A stretch of DNA of 56,737 nucleotides from Candidatus Saccharimonadales bacterium (GCA_041742395.1 JBGSIS010000003.1:1-56737); one strand, 5' to 3'; counted from the stretch's first letter, positions 40,504-50,488 are shown. Notes: generated from the sequence alone by a model not told the origin. Program-made: numbers and translations.

Positions 40504-42111
40504 ATGAAATATTATTCAAAACTAAAAAATGGTTTCTATGTTTATTCTGCTAAAAAAACAGCATTAATAGCCATATTAATAATGGCTATTTTGTTAATTC
40601 CAGTATCAAATTACATTAACTACACATTTGCTTCATCAACGACTAAGGTTTTCTTGACACCTTCAACAAACTCGGTATCTCAGGGATCAAACGTTAATAT
40701 AGGTGTAAATTTGAACACTGGTGGTGAGAATATAACAAGCGCTAAAGTGGTAATTAACTACGATGTATCCAAATTAGAATTCGTTTCATTTGACTATTCA
40801 TCAAGTTCTTTTTCAATACATTCTGATACGTTTAACAAGGTAGAATCAGGTAAATTATCGTATAATACTTCTGCTTTTACTGGAGTAAACTCGGCTAATG
40901 CAAATATTTTTAGTATTAGGTTTAAATCAATTGGAAGTGGAAGCAGTTCGGTTACTGTCAGTCAGCCGGAGTCTGTACTCCTAGGTCCATCATCAGAGCT
41001 TAACCCTCCAAATCTTCTAAGTGTTGTTGAAGGTGCCAGTGTTGACATTTCTAGCCCAACACCTGATCCAGAGCCAAACCCTCCTACAACCAATCCAACT
41101 CCAAATCCAACACCTGATCCAGAGCCAAACCCTCCTACACCCAATCCAACTCCAATTAGTGAACCAAGCCCTACTTCTAATAGCTCAAATCCAAAAACTA
41201 GCAATTGGTCACAGCCGTCCGTTAATTTAAAGAAAGATCAAACCCAAGCACCCCAAAGTAGTAGTGCTACCGCTCCTCAAATTGCAAATGTAGAGATAAA
41301 CAACCTTGGTTATAGATCTGCGGATATTAGTTGGTCTACCGACAAGCCATCTAATTCAATATTAAATTTAGGAGCAGATAAGGACTCACTTGCAATTAAT
41401 GTTAAATCAGACGGTATAAAAAACGCTCATTCTGTTAGGCTTGATGAAAACTATCTTACACCTGGCACAACTTTCTATTTCAAAATAACCAGTTCTGATG
41501 AAGCTGGTGAAAAAACAGTGAGCGAAACATATAGTTTCGTAACAAAAGGGTATGATGTAGTAGCTCAGGTTGTAGACAAGCAGGCTAATCCAGTTTCTGA
41601 AGTTATAGTGACATTAAACTCAGACACTCGTATATCCGAAACTGATGAAAATGGAAATGCTTCTTTCTATAATGTAGCTCCTGGTCAACACACCGTTTCT
41701 TTTGAATACGGAGGAGAAGTCTACAGTCAATCAATTAATGTTGAAGATAAATTGAACGTTTTAACATCTGCAGTACAGTATTCTGAAGCAACAGGACAAG
41801 CCCAGGTATTTACTGTGTCACTTGATCAGTCAGTTAATAGATTTATTAATAACCTTATATGGATAATTATCATCCCTATTGTACTAATTGTTTCCTATTT
41901 CATAATTAGAAAAGGAATTCCAGTATTACACAGAAAGAATAATGGAGCGTCTTTCAACAACTCTACAAGTATTAATGTCGGAAATACACCTGATGATATT
42001 AATTCTTCAGTATCACAAAAATCACCTATTGAACTAGTAGACGGAGTACCTATAGAAAAACCAGGTTCAACTATAACTCCAAAAAACAACGACTCTGATA
42101 CTTATAACTAA
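40504..42111 (+). CDS. Surface protein: cohesin + Pro-rich linker + FN3 + carboxypeptidase-regulatory-like domain + C-terminal TM
   Basis: LTPS..V..G....V.LNTGG..I....V.INYD.SKLEFVS; ISWSTDKPS..H.V.L..LTPGTTFYF; TDENG.A.F.NV.PG.HT; TM followed by RK. Confidence 0.8.
   Translation: MKYYSKLKNGFYVYSAKKTALIAILIMAILLIPVSNYINYTFASSTTKVFLTPSTNSVSQGSNVNIGVNLNTGGENITSAKVVINYDVSKLEFVSFDYSSSSFSIHSDTFNKVESGKLSYNTSAFTGVNSANANIFSIRFKSIGSGSSSVTVSQPESVLLGPSSELNPPNLLSVVEGASVDISSPTPDPEPNPPTTNPTPNPTPDPEPNPPTPNPTPISEPSPTSNSSNPKTSNWSQPSVNLKKDQTQAPQSSSATAPQIANVEINNLGYRSADISWSTDKPSNSILNLGADKDSLAINVKSDGIKNAHSVRLDENYLTPGTTFYFKITSSDEAGEKTVSETYSFVTKGYDVVAQVVDKQANPVSEVIVTLNSDTRISETDENGNASFYNVAPGQHTVSFEYGGEVYSQSINVEDKLNVLTSAVQYSEATGQAQVFTVSLDQSVNRFINNLIWIIIIPIVLIVSYFIIRKGIPVLHRKNNGASFNNSTSINVGNTPDDINSSVSQKSPIELVDGVPIEKPGSTITPKNNDSDTYN
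41056..41155 (+). repeat. 51-bp tandem duplication encoding PTPDPEPNPPT(T/P)NPTP
   Basis: CCAACACCTGATCCAGAGCCAAACCCTCCTACA.. at 41056 and 41107. Confidence 0.9.
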
Positions 42112-42223
42112 CCGTACCTTATAACACAATTAGATTTTAGGTTTTCAGGTATATCTCAAATAACTATAAAAAAATAAAACTAATTTCATATAAGTTAAGA
42201 CTAGTTAGTAAAAAGATACTATT

Positions 42224-42907
42224 TTATAAGTTATTTAAAACGCAAACACCAAAACTACTGTAGGCTGGCTGTCTGAATAGTTCGGAAGCATGGAAGCCAC
42301 TTGAGTCTCCAGGATATGATTCTGCAACATTATCGCAATCTATAGTATCTGGAAACTGATCTTTAATAGCATTCCCGATTTCATCTAATTGATTATTTTG
42401 TCCAGTCCACGTGGGCTCAACAGCGTAAACCACATTAGTGTCGACATCTGTAAGTTGACTATCGAAATCAGTAATCGCCTGAACAATCTCTGCTTTACTG
42501 TAGCCGTTTGAAAGATCATTAATGCCCCCAACAACTACTATGTTTTCTGGGTTTGCCCCAGTCACGCTAAGAGAATATTGTGTGTTTTCTAAAATAGTTC
42601 TTCCGAAAGTAGGGTCAGTTTGTAAGAATCCTGAACCACCTACTGCTACGTTGAATGTATTAGGAGTATAAGTTCCAGTCCAAACACCATTTGAGTCACC
42701 AGCAATCCACGTAGAAGTGTTTGGATCATCTATATCGTTAGGATATGTATTTCCAGTACCTCCACCTCCAGGAGCAGGTACTGCACACCCAGCTGCAAAT
42801 GTTGCACCTAATAAAGCGAGCGCACCAGCTTTTATTCTTAGCCTGTTAAATAGGCTCGGAGTTGATTGATTTTCTATTCTAGTTTCTAATTCTGGATTGA
42901 TTGACAT
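42224..42907 (-). CDS. Putative lipoprotein, SGNH/GDSL hydrolase
   Basis: FAAG-C lipobox-like; AGDS, AVGGSG, GGIND, D..GFH. Confidence 0.75.
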   Translation of the reverse strand: MSINPELETRIENQSTPSLFNRLRIKAGALALLGATFAAGCAVPAPGGGGTGNTYPNDIDDPNTSTWIAGDSNGVWTGTYTPNTFNVAVGGSGFLQTDPTFGRTILENTQYSLSVTGANPENIVVVGGINDLSNGYSKAEIVQAITDFDSQLTDVDTNVVYAVEPTWTGQNNQLDEIGNAIKDQFPDTIDCDNVAESYPGDSSGFHASELFRQPAYSSFGVCVLNNL

Positions 42908-43022
42908 ACTTTCCTTTTCTAAATATTATTAACTAATAATATACTAACACAAATACATTAAAAAATCAAATATCATTAATGCTTATAGTATTCTACTAAC
43001 GCTTACTGATATAATATGTCAA

Positions 43023-43928
43023 ATGGGTAAAAAAATTACAATACTGTTAACAGTTTTGTCGATTATTGTTCTTATTGGACTAGGTTATATTTATCTAAAA
43101 GACCAAAATATAATGCTAATCAACACAAAAGGCATTATCGCTGAAAAGCAAAGAAATCTAATTTTTATTGCTACTGGACTGATGCTAATAATTGTAATAC
43201 CCGTATATTTTATGGCGGCTTGGTTTCCATACAGGTATAGAGAATCTAGAAAGTCAAATGATTATCGACCAGATTACGACAGCAACAATACACTTGAAAC
43301 TATTTGGTGGGGTATTCCCATAGCAATAATAGGCGTAATTGCTGTTATTACATGGATAAGTACTCATGAATTAGATCCTTATAAACCTCTTGCTAAAAAA
43401 AACCAACAAAAAACAATACAAGTAATATCTATGCAGTGGAAATGGTTGTTTATTTATCCTGAAGAAAAAATAGTTTCAGTAAATAAAATATTAATTCCTG
43501 AAGACAAACCAATAAGTTTTCAGATAACTTCAGACGCCCCTATGAACTCTTTTTGGATTCCTCAGCTTGCTGGGCAGATTTACTCAATGAACGGAATGTC
43601 TACAATGCTCCATATTGAAGGTAATGAGCTGGGTAGCTATGAAGGAATGTCATCTAATATTAGTGGTGAAGGTTTCTCTGATATGAGATTTAAAGTAGAT
43701 GTGGTTAATCAAAAAGAATACGATAGTTGGGTCGATAAAATTAAACAAAGTAACGAAGTTTTCGGTATGAGTCAGTATAAGCAATTAAGTACTCCCAGTA
43801 TCAGAAATGTTCAACAGCAATTTGTCTTGACAGACGAAGACATTTACCAACAAGTAATGGCGAAATATATGGCTAAAGAAGGTATGACTAAAGATAATCA
43901 CCAATCACATGCAGGGGGAGGAAGTTAA
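43023..43928 (+). CDS. cyoA: Cytochrome bo3 ubiquinol oxidase subunit II
   Basis: LETIWWGIP, THELDPY, WKWLFIYPE, MNSFWIPQLAGQIY; no CuA cysteines. Confidence 0.95.
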   Translation: MGKKITILLTVLSIIVLIGLGYIYLKDQNIMLINTKGIIAEKQRNLIFIATGLMLIIVIPVYFMAAWFPYRYRESRKSNDYRPDYDSNNTLETIWWGIPIAIIGVIAVITWISTHELDPYKPLAKKNQQKTIQVISMQWKWLFIYPEEKIVSVNKILIPEDKPISFQITSDAPMNSFWIPQLAGQIYSMNGMSTMLHIEGNELGSYEGMSSNISGEGFSDMRFKVDVVNQKEYDSWVDKIKQSNEVFGMSQYKQLSTPSIRNVQQQFVLTDEDIYQQVMAKYMAKEGMTKDNHQSHAGGGS

Positions 43929-45902
43929 ATGTTAACTATGTTTACAGTCTTTGGTTCAACCGAAGGAACTGATCCGTTTTTGATGGGTGCCAAAGTGATG
44001 CTTGTTGGGGGTGTGATATTCCTTGCATTGATTGTCACGCTTCTAAAAAGATGGAAATGGATATGGAAGGAGTGGCTCACTTCTCTTGATCCAAAGAAAA
44101 TAGGTGTAATGTATTTAATAGTTGCATTCGTGATGTTGCTTAGAGCAGCAGTTGATGCTGGAATGATGAGAGCTCAGCAAGCTATTGCTTCTGGTGGGTC
44201 TGATGGCTTTCTGAGTGCAGATCATTTTCAACAAGTTTTTACGGCTCACGGTACTTTGATGATCTTGTTTGTAGCAATGGGTCTGATGTTTGGACTGATA
44301 AATCTTATTGTTCCTTTGCAAATTGGTGCAAGAGATGTTGCTTTTCCATTTTTGAACTCACTAAGTTTCTGGCTTTATGTGGCGGGAGTGGTTCTAATAA
44401 ACGCTTCTCTAGTAATAGGAGGAGAGTTTTCTATAGCAGGTTGGCTCGCATATCCGCCGCTATCTGGAATTGAATATAGTCCTGGACCGGGAGTAGACTA
44501 TTGGATATGGAGCGTTCAGATCGCTGGTATTGGCAGTTTACTCTCTGGTATTAATTTCTTTACTACAATAATCAGAATGCGTAGACAGGGAATGACTTTG
44601 ATGAAAATGCCTATTTTTACATGGTCAGTATTAGGAAGTATGTTGCTGGTTCTTGCTACATTCCCAATTTTAGCGGTGACCCTTGCTTTACTTTCTTTAG
44701 ATAGAACGTTTGGTATGCATTTTTTTACATCGAGTTTTGGTGGAAATCCAATGATGTACATTAATTTGATATGGGCCTGGGGCCATCCGGAGGTTTATAT
44801 ATTAATACTCCCAGCTTTTGGAATTTTCTCAGAAGTGGTTTCTACATTTTCAAAGAAGAGACTATTTGGATATAAATCAATGGTTGGAGCCATAATAGCA
44901 ATAACTTTTCTATCACTAGTAGTATGGCTTCATCACTTCTTTACTATGGGGGCTGGGGCAGATGTTAATGCGTTCTTTGGAATTATGACTATGATAATTG
45001 CAATACCTACTGGTGTGAAAGTATTTAACTGGCTGTTCACGATGTATAAGGGCAGGGTAAAAATTAGTCAATCAATGGTTTGGTTTATTGGATTTTTGTT
45101 TACTTTTACATTAGGTGGGATGACGGGAGTAATATTATCTATACCAGCAGCTGACTTCCAATTACACAATAGTTTATTTTTAGTGGCTCACTTCCATAAC
45201 ATGGTAATTGGTGGAGTTGTTTTTGGCTATATGGCTGGAATAACTTATTGGTTCCCTAAAATATTCGGATTTAAGCTTGACGAGAAACTAGGTAAAATAT
45301 CTGCTTGGTGTTGGATAATTGGATTCCTGGTAGCTTTTGTCCCAATATATATTTTGGGATTGATGGGGGCAACAAGAAGGTTTGAGAAGTTTGATGAGTC
45401 GCTTGGATATCAACCGTTATTTATTGTTGCAGGCGTCGGAGTTGCTATTATTGGCATTGGCGTGGCATTTATGCTCATTCAGCTAGCCTACAGTATTTAC
45501 AATCGAAAGAAGTTGGCAGATAAAACAGGTGATCCTTGGGACGGTAGAACACTAGAATGGTCTACTCCGTCTCCGGTGCCTTTTTACAATTTTGCCTTAG
45601 AGCAACCAGTAACTGAAAGAGATGAATTTTGGGCACAAAAACAGAAAGGTATTACATTTAGGTCAGACTACTCTGACATTGTTCTTCCAAAGAATTCACC
45701 TATAGGACTATATTTGGGATCAATTGCAGCTATTTTTGGAATGGCAGCCATCTGGAAAATATCTTGGTTAGCTATATTATCTCTTATTACCGCAATAGTA
45801 TTTGTGATTATTAGAGCTAGTGATGACGAAACAGAGTATGTACTAACGTCTAGAGAAATCAAGAAATTAGAATCTAAAATATCTTCAGGAGGCGTTAAGT
45901 AG
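43929..45902 (+). CDS. cyoB: Cytochrome bo3 ubiquinol oxidase subunit I
   Basis: FTAHG, WGHPEVY, WLHHFF, VAHFH, GDPWDGRTLEW. Confidence 0.97.
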   Translation: MLTMFTVFGSTEGTDPFLMGAKVMLVGGVIFLALIVTLLKRWKWIWKEWLTSLDPKKIGVMYLIVAFVMLLRAAVDAGMMRAQQAIASGGSDGFLSADHFQQVFTAHGTLMILFVAMGLMFGLINLIVPLQIGARDVAFPFLNSLSFWLYVAGVVLINASLVIGGEFSIAGWLAYPPLSGIEYSPGPGVDYWIWSVQIAGIGSLLSGINFFTTIIRMRRQGMTLMKMPIFTWSVLGSMLLVLATFPILAVTLALLSLDRTFGMHFFTSSFGGNPMMYINLIWAWGHPEVYILILPAFGIFSEVVSTFSKKRLFGYKSMVGAIIAITFLSLVVWLHHFFTMGAGADVNAFFGIMTMIIAIPTGVKVFNWLFTMYKGRVKISQSMVWFIGFLFTFTLGGMTGVILSIPAADFQLHNSLFLVAHFHNMVIGGVVFGYMAGITYWFPKIFGFKLDEKLGKISAWCWIIGFLVAFVPIYILGLMGATRRFEKFDESLGYQPLFIVAGVGVAIIGIGVAFMLIQLAYSIYNRKKLADKTGDPWDGRTLEWSTPSPVPFYNFALEQPVTERDEFWAQKQKGITFRSDYSDIVLPKNSPIGLYLGSIAAIFGMAAIWKISWLAILSLITAIVFVIIRASDDETEYVLTSREIKKLESKISSGGVK

Positions 45903-46489
45903 TGAGTCACATAAAACACACCGAACAATCGGAGCAAAAAACCTTATTTGGATTTTGGGTATACCTTATGACAGATGCAATGCTTTTTGCGACTCTTTTT
46001 GCAACATACGCCGTGCTAAGAAATAACACTTTTGGTGGCCCAAGTGGGGGAGAGTTATTTAACTTAAATTTCGTATTAATTGAGACGCTGATCTTATTGA
46101 TGAGTAGCTTTACTTTTGGCATGGCATTAATTGGTCTACAAAACAAGCGTAAAACACTTTTAGTTAGATGGTTAATGGTGACATTCATACTTGGAATTAC
46201 ATTCTTAGTTATGGAAATATATGAGTTTAGGCAATTAGTTAACGAAGGATATAGTTGGACTTCAAATGCATTTTTATCAAGTTATTTTACATTAGTCGGC
46301 ACACATGGCATACACATTCTGTTTGGTTTAATTTGGATAAGCGTAATGTTTTATCAAATTTTCATGAAAGGTCTTAAACCTCAAGTAAGTAAAAGAATTA
46401 AAATGCTGGGAATGTATTGGCATTTTCTTGACGTTATTTGGATATTCATATTTACGTTTGTTTATCTTTTAGGAGCAATTAAATTATGA
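45902..46489 (+). CDS. cyoC: Cytochrome bo3 oxidase subunit III
   Basis: FGFWVYLMTD, GTHGIH, YWHFLDVIW. Confidence 0.96.
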   Translation: MSHIKHTEQSEQKTLFGFWVYLMTDAMLFATLFATYAVLRNNTFGGPSGGELFNLNFVLIETLILLMSSFTFGMALIGLQNKRKTLLVRWLMVTFILGITFLVMEIYEFRQLVNEGYSWTSNAFLSSYFTLVGTHGIHILFGLIWISVMFYQIFMKGLKPQVSKRIKMLGMYWHFLDVIWIFIFTFVYLLGAIKL

Positions 46490-46869
46490 AACCTACACAA
46501 GAAAACGTTCATTATCTTACGACAAAAAACTATATTATTGGATTCGTTGGTTCATTGTTGCTAACTATTGGCTCATTTTTATTAGTCACTAATGATGTAT
46601 TTAGCTCGAGAGTTACTTTTATTATTATTGTTAGCTTTGCCCTAGAACAATTTTTACTACAGGTATTTTTATTTCTTCATTTAGGCCAAGAAAAGAAACC
46701 AAGATTTAATAGCGCAATTTTCTTATATATGGTAATGACCGTGGTAGTTATTGTTATAGGTACGATGTGGATAATGTATAATTTGGATTATAATCATGCC
46801 GGTCATAGCATGTCAGCAGAACAAACAGAAGTTCATTTACTCGATGAAGAAAATATACACAAGCATTGA
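46486..46869 (+). CDS. cyoD: Cytochrome bo3 oxidase subunit IV
   Basis: YIIGFV.SLLLT, FLH, GTMWIMYNL. Confidence 0.93.
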   Translation: MKPTQENVHYLTTKNYIIGFVGSLLLTIGSFLLVTNDVFSSRVTFIIIVSFALEQFLLQVFLFLHLGQEKKPRFNSAIFLYMVMTVVVIVIGTMWIMYNLDYNHAGHSMSAEQTEVHLLDEENIHKH

Positions 46870-47723
46870 TGATTAAAGACTTCATTGATTTAACCAAGCC
46901 AGGAATCGTAAGAGGTAATTCATTAACTGCATTTGCGGGTTTTATGTTAGCCTCAAATGGCAGTATTGACATAAGAAGTCTGTTTGGATCAATTGGTGGA
47001 TTATCTTTAGTGGTCGCATCAGCATGTGTCTTTAATAACGTTATCGATCAAGATATTGATAGTAGAATGGAGAGAACAAAAAACAGAGCTATAGTTAGAG
47101 ATAGAGTTTCAAGGTTAAGCGCATTGATTTACGGCTACATACTACTTATTTTTGGCATAGTTGCTTTGCATATATTTACCAATATTTTAACCCTTACTTT
47201 AGCTCTTATTGGTTTTTTGTCATATGTAGTATTGTATGGATATTTCAAAAGAAGATCGATGTACTCAACTGAAATTGGTAGTATATCTGGTGCAATTCCA
47301 CCGGTTGTTGGATATGTTTCAGTTTCAAATAGATTAGATTTTGCAGCACTATTTTTGTTTGCTTTTTTAGTTCTATGGCAGATGCCACATTTTTATGCAA
47401 TAGGTATAAAAAGAGTTATAGATTATAAGAATGCTGAATTACCTATAGTTTCAGTAAAGAAGGGAATAAAACATACTAAACTAAGGGCGCTTGTATACTT
47501 GATACTTCTTTTAGCTATAACTCCTCTCTTAACAATTGCTGGGTACACTGGCTGGACTTATTTAGTAATAATGACATTATCTGTAACGATCTGGCTGTCT
47601 GGTTCCATAGTTGATTTAAATAAGTTAAAAGACAAGCAATGGGCAGGTAGAATGTTCAGGGTGTCATTAATTATACTAACTCTATTTAGTGTACTTTTAG
47701 TATTTAACGCATGGTTGCCTTAG
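46866..47723 (+). CDS. cyoE: Heme O synthase (protoheme IX farnesyltransferase)
   Basis: TKPGIV.GN, NNVIDQDID..M.RT..R, WQMPHFYAI. Confidence 0.96.
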   Translation: MMIKDFIDLTKPGIVRGNSLTAFAGFMLASNGSIDIRSLFGSIGGLSLVVASACVFNNVIDQDIDSRMERTKNRAIVRDRVSRLSALIYGYILLIFGIVALHIFTNILTLTLALIGFLSYVVLYGYFKRRSMYSTEIGSISGAIPPVVGYVSVSNRLDFAALFLFAFLVLWQMPHFYAIGIKRVIDYKNAELPIVSVKKGIKHTKLRALVYLILLLAITPLLTIAGYTGWTYLVIMTLSVTIWLSGSIVDLNKLKDKQWAGRMFRVSLIILTLFSVLLVFNAWLP

Positions 47724-47741
47724 TAGTGTATAATATTGCTT

Positions 47742-48002
47742 ATGATAATAACTACACACATATTTATAGCAATACTAAGTATAATAATAGCAACTTACGT
47801 TTTATTTAAACCTTCATATAAAGGATTATTTTACTCCTATATATTAGTAGGTTCAGCTCTTATTAGTGGAACTTATCTTGTTGTATCCACTAAATCTTCA
47901 ATATTAAGCGCCTGTATAACCGGTTTAATATACACAGCCTTAGTTACAGCTACACTAATAATTGCTGAGAAACGATTACATAAAGAAAAAATTAATAAAT
48001 AA
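47742..48002 (+). CDS. Small 3-TM membrane protein
   Basis: Hydrophobic ORF with HIFIA and SGTYLV; ATG 47742 is 7 nt after TATAAT. Confidence 0.65.
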   Translation: MIITTHIFIAILSIIIATYVLFKPSYKGLFYSYILVGSALISGTYLVVSTKSSILSACITGLIYTALVTATLIIAEKRLHKEKINK

Positions 48003-48016
48003 ACCTTTTTGCAAAA

Positions 48017-48050
48017 TAAAAAAGACCGGAATAAAAGCCGGTCTTTTTTA
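48017..48050. terminator. Bidirectional terminator between convergent genes
   Basis: TAAAAAAGACCGG-AATAAAAG-CCGGTCTTTTTTA. Confidence 0.8.
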
Positions 48051-48064
48051 AACTTAATTACTAC

Positions 48065-48649
48065 TTATGAAGGCAGTAATACTCCGCTAATTATATGAAC
48101 AACTCCGTTGTCAGCATTAACATCAGCTTTTTCAACTTTTGCTTTGTTACCTTTAGCGTCTACAAAGTAAACCATATCTCCTTCAATTGCTACCGTTAGA
48201 TCTCCGCCTTGGACTGTTTTTACAACTTGTCCGTCCTTAAGATCTTGGGCTAATACCTTTCCACTTATTACGTGGTACTTTAGTATTGAAGCTAGTTGGT
48301 CTTTGTTTTCTGCTTTAAGTAAGCTCTCTAGGGTACCTTCAGGTAAAGCTGCGAATGCACTGTTAGTAGGCGCTAGAACTGTGAATGGACCTTCGCTCTG
48401 TAGTGTTTCTACTAGATCAGCTGCTTTGACTGCTGTTACAAGTGTTGAAAGATCACTTGTGTCTGAAGCTAGTGATACTATAGTTACTTTTTGTGCCTCT
48501 GCTGGTTGCTGTTCTTCAGCCGGCTGTGATTGGCTAGTTGTATTTGAAGTGTCTTCATTGTTGTTGTTGACAAACCATAGTGCTCCACCAGCAATAACAA
48601 TTACTGCAATTACTCCTGCGATTATAGCGGGTGTTTTATTATTTTCCAT
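48065..48649 (-). CDS. Fasciclin (FAS1) domain protein
   Basis: STLVTAVKAADL..GPFTVLAPTN.AF, ILKYHV, NGVVHII..VLLP. Confidence 0.95.
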   Translation of the reverse strand: MENNKTPAIIAGVIAVIVIAGGALWFVNNNNEDTSNTTSQSQPAEEQQPAEAQKVTIVSLASDTSDLSTLVTAVKAADLVETLQSEGPFTVLAPTNSAFAALPEGTLESLLKAENKDQLASILKYHVISGKVLAQDLKDGQVVKTVQGGDLTVAIEGDMVYFVDAKGNKAKVEKADVNADNGVVHIISGVLLPS

Positions 48650-48695
48650 TAATTTCTCCTTACGTTATTTACATTATTACTATACACCTATCGGT

Positions 48696-48712
48696 GTATA
48701 GTTTTCGTTAAG
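48696..48712 (-). promoter_or_regulatory. Putative OmpR/PhoB-type tandem operator upstream of fasciclin gene
   Basis: CTTAAC-N5-CTATAC, 11 nt upstream of TATAGT. Confidence 0.5.
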
Positions 48713-49723
48713 TTAGAAATTTATACTAATTGTTGTCCCTTTGCCGACGATACTATTTATATTTAATTGTGCATTATATATTTTTGTAAATTTTGCTACT
48801 ATTGCCATACCTAACCCGGTACCCTCTATTTTAGAAGTATTTCCAGCCCGGTAAAATCTTTGAGTAATATTCTCGATATCCTCTTTTGGAATTCCGATTC
48901 CTCTGTCTTTTACTTTCAATTCCCATCCGCTTTTGGTAGATCTTAGGTTGATTTCAATTGTGTCGTTCTTTCCGCTGAACTTAATTGCATTTTCAATTAA
49001 GTTTTTTAGAATGTATATAAAATGTTGGGAATCTATTGCTGCACTAAAATTATCTGGGATATTCATTTTTATTTTTATATTTTTTTCAAGTGCTAGGTGA
49101 TGGAGCTCCTCAATAATATCAGTAGTTAAATCTTGAAGATTGATTGTTTCTAGGCCAGGATATTCTCTTCTTTCAAGCAATAGAAGATCATTAGTAATTG
49201 CAGATAAGTGATTGGCCTGTCTATCCAAAGAACTTAAAAGTTTAGTTTGGTTATTCTTTTCCGGAGGATTATTAATAGCTTGCTGAATTTGCGATTGCAT
49301 CGCTGCCAAAGGATTTCTGAGTTCATGTGCTGCATCTTGCATGAATCTTCTTTGCGAAAGAAATGAATCCCTAACAGGATTTAGCAGCAGCCGTGATAGA
49401 AACCATGCAATAAGGCCACTAAAAATAAAAGTTAAGATTAGAATAAACGGCAGCATTCTATTTATGTTTTGCCTATCTTGATTTTGTATTATTCCAGCTA
49501 TGGCATCAAAATGAGCGTGGTTTTCTTCTTGAGATTGAATGTATTGGGATAGTTCAGGATTATTTTGTGCAAGAGTCCCAATTTTAGATGCATTAATATT
49601 TGTACTTAAGGCTTTGTCGGATACATAGTACATACCTAATGTGCTTATAGAAGCACAAGCAATAGCAATTAAAACGGTTGCAATTGTTATTTTTTTTCTA
49701 GCGGTAAGTAAGGCTTTGTCCAT
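48713..49723 (-). CDS. Sensor histidine kinase
   Basis: Two TM, DAAHELRNPL, NLIENAIKF, DRGIGI, RFYR, GTGLG. Confidence 0.95.
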   Translation of the reverse strand: MDKALLTARKKITIATVLIAIACASISTLGMYYVSDKALSTNINASKIGTLAQNNPELSQYIQSQEENHAHFDAIAGIIQNQDRQNINRMLPFILILTFIFSGLIAWFLSRLLLNPVRDSFLSQRRFMQDAAHELRNPLAAMQSQIQQAINNPPEKNNQTKLLSSLDRQANHLSAITNDLLLLERREYPGLETINLQDLTTDIIEELHHLALEKNIKIKMNIPDNFSAAIDSQHFIYILKNLIENAIKFSGKNDTIEINLRSTKSGWELKVKDRGIGIPKEDIENITQRFYRAGNTSKIEGTGLGMAIVAKFTKIYNAQLNINSIVGKGTTISINF

Positions 49724-49726
49724 AAG

Positions 49727-50404
49727 TTAATCGTTTAGCATGTATCCCATGCCAGGTATTGTATTGATAATTTGTAATTTGTTATCCCCAATTTTATTTC
49801 TAAGATTAGAAATATGGATTCTTATTGGGGGATTGTTTAGTGAAGAGTCTTCACCCCAAGCATATTCAATTAAGTCATTGGAGTTAACAGTAGAGTGATT
49901 AAACTGCATTAGTTTTAACATAATTCTAAATTCTACTGAAGTTAGCTTCTTCTCTTGTTCTTTAATGAAGAATTTGTGTCTCTTTGGTTCTATTCTATAA
50001 TTACTAGTCTTTACTGACTGTAAATCGTTGTATGAACCGATTATCCTTAGCTGAGCCTTAATCCTAGCTTCAAGCTCCCTTAAATCGAATGGTTTTATTA
50101 TATAGTCATTCATACCTGATTCTAAGCCAATAATTTTGTCATCTACTGTATCTCTAGCTGTTAAACCAATTATTGGTCCGTCATATCCATTTGATCTCAT
50201 ATACTGAGTTAACTCAAGACCAGTCATCTTTGGAAGGGCAATATCTAGTATTGCTAAATCGCAGGTATTTGTGTAATTTTCTGAAATAGCTGATTCAGCA
50301 CTTGCAGAGGATAAGACTTGATATCCACAATCTAGCAAATACTGTTTTACAGCATCTCTCATGTCGTTATTGTCTTCTACTAGAAGTACTTTAATTTTTC
50401 CCAT
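49727..50404 (-). CDS. OmpR/PhoB family response regulator
   Basis: LLVED, LDIALP..G, LTARD, DY..KPF, HISNLRNK, TIPGMGY. Confidence 0.95.
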   Translation of the reverse strand: MGKIKVLLVEDNNDMRDAVKQYLLDCGYQVLSSASAESAISENYTNTCDLAILDIALPKMTGLELTQYMRSNGYDGPIIGLTARDTVDDKIIGLESGMNDYIIKPFDLRELEARIKAQLRIIGSYNDLQSVKTSNYRIEPKRHKFFIKEQEKKLTSVEFRIMLKLMQFNHSTVNSNDLIEYAWGEDSSLNNPPIRIHISNLRNKIGDNKLQIINTIPGMGYMLND

Positions 50405-50426
50405 AGTATAATTTTAACACTCAAAA

Positions 50427-50443
50427 GTTAAGTAGTCGTATAG
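50427..50443 (-). promoter_or_regulatory. Putative autoregulatory OmpR/PhoB-type operator
   Basis: CTATAC-N5-CTTAAC, 10 nt upstream of TAAAAT. Confidence 0.5.
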
Positions 50444-50488
50444 CTTATATTATACAAAACATATAAAATAGTCACTATAGGGGGAAAC

